A DNA stretch of 60,234 nt, filler included, from an uncultured bacterium (lineage in GTDB: Bacteria > Latescibacterota > UBA2968), in NCBI GenBank assembly GCA_964471275.1. It is 2 parts of 2 records of this genome, joined end to end, with 100 filler letters (N's around TTAATTAATTAA, not from the genome) between each part and the next. Parts side by side here need not be neighbours in the genome. Positions count along the whole stretch, not along the records: positions 1 to 30,768 come from CAYYGZ010000023.1; positions 30,869 to 60,234 come from CAYYGZ010000024.1. One strand, written 5' to 3'. How positions within the stretch are numbered: position 1 is the first letter of the stretch; the number at the start of each line of letters is the position of its first letter. Made by a program: the position numbers and the translations under genes. Shown one piece after another: positions 29,184 to 37,011 of this stretch. The notes below the pieces were generated by a model. That model had not been told where the DNA came from. It did no database searches and was given only the letters and a program-made list of their open reading frames with translations.

Positions 29184-29440
29184 AGAGATCGTCGAAGTTG
29201 GTATCGCCATCTACTCACAGCGATACCGATGGTGACAGTATCCTGATCGTGCCGAGACGGCCTTCTCCGGTAAGCAGCGGGAGAACCGGGATTGCGATCT
29301 CCATCTCGTTGGCGGAGACAAAGGGTGTGTCACCTAACTCCGAGCGTTCATGGATGGTCAGTGCGCCAGCTACTGTAGAAATCCCTTCCCAGAGGGAGAA
29401 GGACACAAACCGTGACGACGGATCTGGCGATGATGCGCAT
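29184..29440 (-). pseudogene. AsmA-like gene remnant truncated at the IS right end
   Basis: ATG overlapping upstream stop (MRIIARSVVTVCVLL), then another frame PFVSANEMEIAIPVLPLLTGEGRLGTIRILSPSVSL*VDGDTNFDDL ending at the IR. Confidence 0.5.
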
Positions 29441-30618
29441 CAGTCTGAGCCGGTGTATAGGGAGCAGGCTGAATCGTGGAGCCACTGTCGTGCAACGTGC
29501 AATGCGCCGCCGGAATCGATCCATCCCTGGTCGACCTGATCGGTCAGATAGTCACCCAGAAGGCGCTTGATGAGCACAATCTTTCCGTAACACCATTCGA
29601 TGCAGCGCGCATCTGATACGACTAGCTCCGACTTCGATGCTGGAAGAGCCTCAAATCGCTGCTGCATCGTCTGGCGATATGTGCTGGTGCGGAAATTGTA
29701 CCACCACATCCCCCCCACGTGCACGTTGGGGAAGATGCGAGCGGCGTTTACGGCATCGCTGTTGCCGATCCCGTCTCCCAGGACGAGTTCAAATGGTATC
29801 GGATACTTCTCGAACAATCCGTGCAAGTTCGGAACCCGGTCACCTTGGTAGACGGGTATCCCTCCTCCTCCGTCGATCGTACCCCAGCCCTTCTCGATGC
29901 CCAGAAACAGCTGGATGAGGAGTCCGTAACGTGTGGCCGACTCACACAGCTTGTGAAGGATTGCGACGCCGATGGCGTCAACTGAACTACCCGTGCGTGC
30001 AAGCGGCTTCGTCTCGTGTGTGCGAGATCGGATCCGATCGAAGGGGTCCTCCGAAGTCATCACACCGCGGAAGCCGGCCTCGGTGTATAGAGCAAGCTGA
30101 GCATCGATCGCAAATCCCACGGCTTCGAGCTCGGCGGTTTGATCACCAGCGTGATGGATGCGCTCTATCCATCCGCGGATTTTACTCTCAAACCTTGGTA
30201 GTACACCGGCGACCCCCGGAAGGCTGTCGAAGGGGGCATCGGCCGGGACGTTCGTGAAGATCCGCTTGATGTTGCTCCTGTCGCAGACGGTGGCTGGCCA
30301 GCCCTGATCCCGCGCACTCTCACGCACGGCCTCGTCCGCCTTTCGGATGTCAATCTCCGCCTTCAGCTCAATACCGTAGAGATCAGCAAGAATGCGTCTG
30401 ACAACCCAACTCATCGATGTGTTTTGCGTCGCCTGATAGGCCTCCCAGAAAGCCTTAATCCGCCTTGCAGGTCGGAGTGCCATTGGATTTGCGGGATAGC
30501 CAACGGCCTGAAGCTCGCGTATGAACCAGAAGTAGTGACCGATATCCCAGAAATTCTGAGCCGGGAGCGACATTCCCTTCAGATGGGTATGCGTGTCGAA
30601 GACCGGGAGGGCTGCCAT
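29440..30618 (-). CDS. Uronate (glucuronate) isomerase-like amidohydrolase-fold protein
   Basis: DTHTHL, GGMWWYN, SDARCIEWCYGK. Confidence 0.75.
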   Translation of the reverse strand: MAALPVFDTHTHLKGMSLPAQNFWDIGHYFWFIRELQAVGYPANPMALRPARRIKAFWEAYQATQNTSMSWVVRRILADLYGIELKAEIDIRKADEAVRESARDQGWPATVCDRSNIKRIFTNVPADAPFDSLPGVAGVLPRFESKIRGWIERIHHAGDQTAELEAVGFAIDAQLALYTEAGFRGVMTSEDPFDRIRSRTHETKPLARTGSSVDAIGVAILHKLCESATRYGLLIQLFLGIEKGWGTIDGGGGIPVYQGDRVPNLHGLFEKYPIPFELVLGDGIGNSDAVNAARIFPNVHVGGMWWYNFRTSTYRQTMQQRFEALPASKSELVVSDARCIEWCYGKIVLIKRLLGDYLTDQVDQGWIDSGGALHVARQWLHDSACSLYTGSD

Positions 30619-30768
30619 TTTTGGACTTGAGTGTGGTCTTGGTCATTGTCTTGATTCCTTATCATTCAGGTGTGGCTATCGCCTCTATTCGAGCACTGCC
30701 GGGTCAGCGACGCGTACCCAGAATCTGAAGGAATCCGGTCTATCGTATCTCACGGCGGTCTACGTTCA

Positions 30769-30868
30769 NNNNNNNNNNNNNNNNNNNNNNNNNNNNNNNN
30801 NNNNNNNNNNNNTTAATTAATTAANNNNNNNNNNNNNNNNNNNNNNNNNNNNNNNNNNNNNNNNNNNN
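30769..30868. other. Artificial contig-joining linker
   Basis: 44 N + TTAATTAATTAA (stops in all six frames) + 44 N. Confidence 0.9.
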
Positions 30869-31187
30869 GAACAGACCTACTACCGCTGGCGTAAGGAATA
30901 CGGCGGCATGGAAGTGGCCCAGGCCCATCGTCTGAAGGAGCTGGAACAGGAGAACTGTTACGTCGAAAGCTTCAACGGGAAGATCAGGGATGAACTCCTC
31001 AACGGAGAAATCTTCATAACGTTGCAATAAGCAAAGGCATTGACTGAGGTCTGAAGGCGACCGTATAATCAGGTCCGTCCACACAGTTCACTGGGCTACA
31101 GACCACCTGCACCTGAAACAATCGAGGGACCGGTATCAGCAACCGCATCCTAACTCTGAATGTGGACACGTGGATGGGGGCAGGTCA
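30869..31187 (+). mobile_element. Internally deleted, degenerate IS3-family element (orfA end fused to orfB end, plus right IR)
   Basis: EQTYYRWRKEYGGMEVAQAHRLKELEQEN joined to CYVESFNGKIRDELLNGEIFITLQ*AK...RPHSSLGYRPPAPE; ends GGGGGCAGGTCA. Confidence 0.9.
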
Positions 31188-31313
31188 GCAGCCCAGACAG
31201 GCGTCTGGGCCTACGTATGTTGCATCTTCAGTCTGAAACGCGTCGATCTGCCGAGAGACAAGAATCAGACAACAGATAGCGGCGCCCAAAACCTTGGCGA
31301 TATGGGCAGCCAT
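31188..31313 (-). pseudogene. Secreted c-type cytochrome gene truncated by the IS at its first heme motif
   Basis: RBS AGGGAGG; MAAHIAKVLGAAICCLILVSRQIDAFQTEDATYVGPDACLGC followed directly by the IS end TGACCTGCCCCC. Confidence 0.7.
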
Positions 31314-31488
31314 ACTCCCTCCCTTTCGATAGAGTGAATTCCGTTATATACCCCCGCTAGACTAGACCTCCAGTCCTGACAATTAGCCAATCTAACACCG
31401 AAAACTAATAGAGACAAAAACATCTTATAGTCCGAATAAGCAGAGCGCCCCGGGTCGCGAGGACACCGAGGCGCACCAGTGGGTCTGT

Positions 31489-32140
31489 CTAAACCGCGGG
31501 TTCGACCTGCAGCGCTCTTAGCTCATACGAGCAGAAAGGCTCTTCGGCAAGGTAGTTGCCTGTTTCGCCATGAGCGCGGGCACGACATCCGCCGCAGACA
31601 TTCTTGTATTCGCAGATGCCGCAATCACCCTCGAGAAGGCTCGTGTCACGGAGCTCCTAGAAAAGCGGCGCCTTCGTCCAGATCTCACCCAGTGTTGTCT
31701 TTCGCGTGTCGTCGGCTGCCACGGGGAAGTAGCCGCAGGGAACAACCTCTCCTTTGTAGGACACGAAGCACACGCCTAAACCCGCCAGACACCCCTTCGT
31801 CACAACCGCCATCCCGTCGGTCTGAGGCGTGATCTTCCTCCCTCCCTCCTTCGCCTGCCAGCGAATCACGCGATAGTAGTGATGCGCACAGGCCCTTTGA
31901 GCTCGCGTGATCCGATATGTCGAAGACGTCGTCGAGATACAGCGGCTCGCCGCCGCTCAGGACTAGGATCGGGTCGGCAAAATCCGCGATCTGGTCGACC
32001 AGGTCAAAAGACTGCTGGGTAGTCAGCTCTTCGGGCGATCGTCCCAGTTCAGCTGCTGCTCGGCAATGCACGCACTTCAGGTTGCAGCCGATCGTCGTTT
32101 CCCAAAAAACGAGGCGAAGCGAATCCTTCGATGGTTTCAT
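31489..32140 (-). pseudogene. ahbD: Radical SAM/SPASM heme b synthase (AhbD-like) pseudogene with large internal deletion, frameshift and stop
   Basis: WETTIGCNLKCVHC and SGGEPL, then another frame CAHHYYRVIR...TKGCLAG...PCGY...LF*ELRD...[17 protein letters not shown]...EEPFC. Confidence 0.8.
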
Positions 32141-32181
32141 CAATGGTTCCCGTCTTTCAAAGCCTGCGCGTCCAACGGATT

Positions 32182-32197
32182 CGCAAAGACCGCACCA
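32182..32197 (-). promoter_or_regulatory. Putative sigma54 (-24/-12) promoter for ahbD
   Basis: Minus strand TGGTGC-GGTCT-TTGCG (GG-N10-GC), with an AT-rich tract upstream. Confidence 0.55.
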
Positions 32198-32301
32198 ATA
32201 TGATCACAGGAATACGAGAATCTTATCTCTTTTTATTACAGTAATTTATAGCAACCAAGACACGCAAGGGTTGACACAGAACCGGGACACGGGAGTCACA
32301 C

Positions 32302-33831
32302 TTAGGATGTCCGGGACTCATCGGAAGCGGCCTTCAGCGTCAGGAGGAGATTGATCGTCAGGAGGAGAATCGCGAGCCAGCCGACGATCCCGGACAGACC
32401 AAAGCTGATGCCCGAAAGCGAGGCAACCCACGCCGTCGCAGGGAGAACGGGATCGAGCAGAAGCGGCATCAGACGGGCAAGCGTTGCCACCAGCCACAAC
32501 CAGAATGTCACGTTGACGAGCCCGGGGAAGGCAACCTGACGCTGATGGACGAATCCGGGAACCATCCGTGGCGCCATCCCGATCAGCAAGCTGGACACAA
32601 AACCGGCCAGAAAGACGTGCCGCAAAGAGTCTGCGTCAACGGGATCGGGTAGGCCGATCACGCGCCAGACACCCAGATAGATGGTGAGCAGCCCCCCAAC
32701 CACCAGCCAGGTATACGCGAGGTAGAGCAGACGCTCAAACCGGCCGAATTCCCCGTGGTCTGGAAGACCGGGTCGGGTAGGCCGCGATCCATCTGATGCC
32801 TGGGCGATCTGATCGGCCGTCCAGGCATCTCTCAGTCGCAGGAGCACATCGAGTTTCCAGACCAGTAACACAAGGAGAATACCCCAGCTCGCGTTCGCCA
32901 GTCCCGACACGAACCGAGCCCCTTTCCACGCGGTGCTCCCGGAAGAAGCATCGGCGGTCCACGAGACAAGAAACGTCATCACGTAGGCAATCGCCATTTC
33001 CCGAACCGCCCAGTTTGCCGCGGGCAACCTCAGATACAGCGGGAACGTGCGAATGGAGAAGGCAAGGCAGACCGAGATCAGCGTTGCACCCAGAAAGAGA
33101 TCCGTGCTCAAGCGCGTCCACTCGATGTTGTAAGTGGACGCTTCGTCAGCCCAGGCGGTGAACGAGAGATCGATGTTCAGGTAGGCAAAACCCGACCAAC
33201 CGATGACAGTCGAAACTAGGAAGGGAAGGACGGTAGAGAGGGCGGTGCGATCTTGGGACGCGCGGAGAACGGAGGACAGGATAAGAAAAAGGTAGAGGGT
33301 GATGCCCCCGGCCTCCAGAAGAGCCGAAAGAGGGAGAAAAAAGGGAAAGACAGGATTCAGCGTGTAGACAAGCAGGGGTTGGATGACTGTCCGAAGAATG
33401 ACGCCGCTCAACAGCAGACCGACGGCCCAGACAATGAGCCGCGGGTATTTGAGAGGCACTCCCGACAGTCTGGGAACGAAAAACAGGCTGACCCCCGTGA
33501 TGAACAACCCGAGCCAGCCGATTAGCTGGGCGTGGCCGTGTGCCTGGAGGGTAGGTGTCCACCAATCGCCGACAGACCAGCCGAGACCTGCGTGGAGAGC
33601 CAGAAGGGCAGCAAACCCGAACCCGACCGTCAGCGCCGTCAGTGTCGACCCGAACACGGCAAGATAGGAGAAGGCCGCGTAGTCCTTGCCAAATCCCTTC
33701 TTACACTTGCGATAGTAGAGCATCTGTCTCCACGTTGTTCCTGAGCACGTCCACGCCAGGCGCCTCAGCCAGAGATGACATCCACGGTGTGTTTCGAAGT
33801 CCACACCTGAAATGGAAATCACCTCGGGCAA
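32302..33831 (-). CDS. NnrS-like / heme-copper-associated multi-pass membrane protein (start uncertain)
   Basis: QAHGHAQLIGWLGLFITG, LRHVFLAGF...GMAPRMVPGF; many TM helices; first 50 aa look atypical. Confidence 0.65.
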   Translation of the reverse strand: MPEVISISGVDFETHRGCHLWLRRLAWTCSGTTWRQMLYYRKCKKGFGKDYAAFSYLAVFGSTLTALTVGFGFAALLALHAGLGWSVGDWWTPTLQAHGHAQLIGWLGLFITGVSLFFVPRLSGVPLKYPRLIVWAVGLLLSGVILRTVIQPLLVYTLNPVFPFFLPLSALLEAGGITLYLFLILSSVLRASQDRTALSTVLPFLVSTVIGWSGFAYLNIDLSFTAWADEASTYNIEWTRLSTDLFLGATLISVCLAFSIRTFPLYLRLPAANWAVREMAIAYVMTFLVSWTADASSGSTAWKGARFVSGLANASWGILLVLLVWKLDVLLRLRDAWTADQIAQASDGSRPTRPGLPDHGEFGRFERLLYLAYTWLVVGGLLTIYLGVWRVIGLPDPVDADSLRHVFLAGFVSSLLIGMAPRMVPGFVHQRQVAFPGLVNVTFWLWLVATLARLMPLLLDPVLPATAWVASLSGISFGLSGIVGWLAILLLTINLLLTLKAASDESRTS

Positions 33832-33901
33832 AGCCCGAGACGACCCGGTTGCTGCATCCTACCGCCCTGTCAACAGGACGTCATTTGTGGTGTCGACATC
33901 G

Positions 33902-34768
33902 CTACGTGAAAACCACTTCGCGCGCGACAGAGGCAGCTTCTTCGAGTGCCTTCTTCCGGAGTCGCCGGAGCGCAGAGCACTGGATCTGTCGAACGCGTTC
34001 GCGCGACAGATCCATAGACCGACCGATCTCGGCAAGGTTCCCCTCCCCACCCTCCTCAAGCCCGTAGTAGCGCCGGACGACAGCCGACTCCCTGTCCGTC
34101 AGTTCGCTCAGCAAGGATATAACTTGATCCTCTGCGGCCAACTTGTCCAGCACGTTCGGAGGCTGCTTGGAAGGCTCGTGGAGTTCATTCGCAAGCCGAC
34201 GCTCGGGATCATCATACCCCTCGACGCTCTGGTCCAGGGATTCCAGCTCCTGAATGTTCTCGAGCGCCATTCGCACACGTGTCTCCGGTTCTCCGCTTCG
34301 CTTCACGATCTCATCGACGGCAGGGGATCGCTCCATTTCCTCGTGGAGCTCGTTGGCCGTTCGCTGAATCTTCCGGATCAGGTCCTGCACGTGTGTCGGC
34401 AGGTGGACAAGCTTGTCGTGTGCACCGAGGGCACGTACCACGTACCGTCGGATCCACCAGCTTGCATAGGTAATGAAACGTGCCCCGTTTCGGGAGTCAT
34501 ACCGTGCGGCCGCTTCGATCAGACCGATGTTCGCGGCACTGATCAACTCATCAAGAGACAACCCTCTGCCCTGGTATGATTTGGCCATCGCGACACCAAA
34601 CCGCAGGTTCGCCGTAACCAATTCATTCCGTGCGCCGAGGTCGCCGGCCTGTATACGCCGCCCGAGCCTTCGCTCCTCTTCCCGAGAGAGCGGATGCGTC
34701 TTCCGGACGTCTCGAAGATACGCTGACAGTCCTTGATGGAGCACCATACCGGATTCTCCCTTACTCAT
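33902..34768 (-). CDS. Alternative RpoD/SigA-family sigma70 factor lacking region 1.1
   Basis: ANLRF, GLIEAAARYD, FITYASWWIR, LAEIGRSMDLSRERVRQI. Confidence 0.9.
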   Translation of the reverse strand: MSKGESGMVLHQGLSAYLRDVRKTHPLSREEERRLGRRIQAGDLGARNELVTANLRFGVAMAKSYQGRGLSLDELISAANIGLIEAAARYDSRNGARFITYASWWIRRYVVRALGAHDKLVHLPTHVQDLIRKIQRTANELHEEMERSPAVDEIVKRSGEPETRVRMALENIQELESLDQSVEGYDDPERRLANELHEPSKQPPNVLDKLAAEDQVISLLSELTDRESAVVRRYYGLEEGGEGNLAEIGRSMDLSRERVRQIQCSALRRLRKKALEEAASVAREVVFT

Positions 34769-35202
34769 TTAGGCCCATCTCCTTCCCCTTTGCCGCCTTG
34801 GATCTTGTCTGCGATTTTGATCGCCTCCACCAGGTCGATGGCGTCGATCGGCTTGCGCAGATAGCTGGAAACGCCCTCTCCCGCCAGTTGGCGCTCTTCT
34901 CGTTCACGCAGTGCCCCGGTCATCACGACAACGGGCAGATCCGGTTTCGCTCGCCGCAGAATCTGCAGCGCTTCAATCCCACTCAATCCTTCGACTTCGA
35001 GATCCATGATCACCAAATCGAAGGGGTCCTCGAGCACGCGATAGAGAAGCCTTCCGCTACGCTGCGTCGAGACCACGTCGTGTCCCGCTTCTCGCAGGAC
35101 GCGTGAGACCCGATCAAGCATCGTCGTGTCTGCGCTCGCGACCAGGACTTTCTTTGTCATCGTGCTGCTTGGGCTTAATTTTTCCATAACGGAATCGATC
35201 AA
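34765..35202 (-). CDS. Single-domain response regulator
   Basis: DLVIMDL, VVVMTG, YLRKP; acidic pocket partly degenerate (VASAD). Confidence 0.85.
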   Translation of the reverse strand: MIDSVMEKLSPSSTMTKKVLVASADTTMLDRVSRVLREAGHDVVSTQRSGRLLYRVLEDPFDLVIMDLEVEGLSGIEALQILRRAKPDLPVVVMTGALREREERQLAGEGVSSYLRKPIDAIDLVEAIKIADKIQGGKGEGDGPK

Positions 35203-35206
35203 GGTA

Positions 35207-35986
35207 TCACCACCCGGTGGCCAAACGGAACCGAATCGGTCGGGTCATCCTTACCTGAACGGGTTTATCGTTCTGCGTGGCGGGTCGGAACACGAACTGC
35301 ATGACGGCATCCATAGCCGATTTCCGGAATAACTCGGGTCCTCTCAGAACCATCGGCTGCTTGACTCTCCCATCCCTCCCAACCAAAAATTGCACAAACA
35401 CGGTGCCTTCAAGCCCGGCTTTCCGGGCTACTTCCGGATATTCCGGATATACTTCCTTTACGACCGTTGGTGCTTCCTCGACTGCCCAGAACTCGACGAT
35501 TTCTTCCTCGATGTCCGAGTCTCCGTCACGCGATCCAGGGGGAGGCGGTGGCGGCAGATCCAGGGGCGTTTCGTCGAAATCGAGGTCGGTCGACTCGATC
35601 GTCACGTCGTCCGGAACATCGGTGCTCTCCGTCTCGATCGGAACGGCCGGCCGAGGGGGTGGAGGCGCGCGCTGGATCTGACGCGTCTCGGGAATGTCCT
35701 CCATCGCGATCACGGTTTGGGGCGGCCGGGCCTTGACCCGTTTGATGCTGAAGTTCGGGAACGCAATCGCTACACCCGTGTGCAGGACGAGCGTAATCGC
35801 GAACGACCACCAGAACACCTTTCGATACCCGAGCTGCAGGTCTGCGGACGGATGCTTGTGCCTTACGACATTGTCCGTGATCCACTGCTGATCGGGTTGG
35901 GCGCTCAAAGGCCGACTCTCTGTTTCGTTGACAAGCTCGTCGACGGCCTCCTTGGTGGTTTTCGCATCAAGGGCATCCGTCATCAT
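35207..35986 (-). CDS. TonB family energy transducer
   Basis: TM helix with SxxxxLxLH, Pro-rich linker, PEYPEVARKAGLEGTVFVQF C-terminal domain. Confidence 0.9.
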   Translation of the reverse strand: MMTDALDAKTTKEAVDELVNETESRPLSAQPDQQWITDNVVRHKHPSADLQLGYRKVFWWSFAITLVLHTGVAIAFPNFSIKRVKARPPQTVIAMEDIPETRQIQRAPPPPRPAVPIETESTDVPDDVTIESTDLDFDETPLDLPPPPPPGSRDGDSDIEEEIVEFWAVEEAPTVVKEVYPEYPEVARKAGLEGTVFVQFLVGRDGRVKQPMVLRGPELFRKSAMDAVMQFVFRPATQNDKPVQVRMTRPIRFRLATGW

Positions 35987-37002
35987 CCACCACCTCCTCC
36001 TCCTTCAATCGCGTATGTGTTGAGAGCCTGCATGTAGTTCGATCGTTCGAAGGCTGCCGGGTCAGGACAGGCCTGCTGGCTCATGCTCCCACGCATCTCC
36101 TTGATCGATGTATACTCGTGCGTTTCCATCCAGGTTTCCAACTCATCCAGCACGTGCCAGAGGTGACCGATCCCGTGCTTCAGGAGCGAGGAAGCCATCA
36201 TCACGACGTTTGCCCCGACCATCATCATCTTGATCACATCTTCTGCCTGGTGAACACCGGTCGCCCCCGCAATGTCGGCCTGGATCTGACCATACAGGAT
36301 CGCGATCCACCGGAGGGGGAGTCGGAGATCATCGGAATCCGTGAGCCTCACCTTGGGGGTGACCTCCAGCAGATCCAGATCGATATCGGGCTGGTTGAAC
36401 CGGTTAAACAGCACAAGACCATCCGCACCCGCACCATCCAGTCTCTTCGCGATATGTGCGAAGGAGCTGAAATATGGGCTGACCTTCATGGCCACAGGAA
36501 TCTTGACGCTCCGCTTCACTTCCGTCAGTACATCAAGATACCGGTGCTCCACGACGCTGCCGGGCTGCAGAGGATCCGTCGCGATATAGTAGACATTCAG
36601 CTCGATTGCATCAGCACCAGCCGCCTCCATCCCGCGCGCATATTTGATCCAGCCACCTGGCGTCGTGCCGTTCAGGCTCGCGATCACGGGAATATCGACC
36701 GCGCTCTTGATGCGGGCGATATGGTCGAGATACTCGAAAGGGCCCCGATGGTATGCCTCCACATCCAGATCCGGCAGGAATGAAGCCGCTTCGGCGAAGC
36801 TGTCGGTTCCGTAGGACAGGTAGTGATCGAGTTCGTAGATTTCGTGCCGGATCTGCTCCTCGAAAAGCGAGTACATCACGATAGCAGAGGCACCGGCATC
36901 TTCGAGCGCACGGACGTTGGCCCCCTCCATAGACAGCGGGGATGCGGCCGCCACGAGCGGATTCTTCAGATCAAAGCCGAGATAAGTAGTCGTAAGATCC
37001 AT
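35983..37002 (-). CDS. Dihydroorotate-dehydrogenase-like flavoprotein (NifJ-associated type)
   Basis: LKNPLVAAASPL, SLFEEQI, LFNRFNQPDID, FERSNYM. Confidence 0.9.
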   Translation of the reverse strand: MDLTTTYLGFDLKNPLVAAASPLSMEGANVRALEDAGASAIVMYSLFEEQIRHEIYELDHYLSYGTDSFAEAASFLPDLDVEAYHRGPFEYLDHIARIKSAVDIPVIASLNGTTPGGWIKYARGMEAAGADAIELNVYYIATDPLQPGSVVEHRYLDVLTEVKRSVKIPVAMKVSPYFSSFAHIAKRLDGAGADGLVLFNRFNQPDIDLDLLEVTPKVRLTDSDDLRLPLRWIAILYGQIQADIAGATGVHQAEDVIKMMMVGANVVMMASSLLKHGIGHLWHVLDELETWMETHEYTSIKEMRGSMSQQACPDPAAFERSNYMQALNTYAIEGGGGGG

Positions 37003-37011
37003 GGCGCCCCC

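Noticed and set aside
30813..30824. TTAATTAATTAA as a biological palindrome or att site
   Set aside because: Embedded symmetrically in Ns; assembly linker
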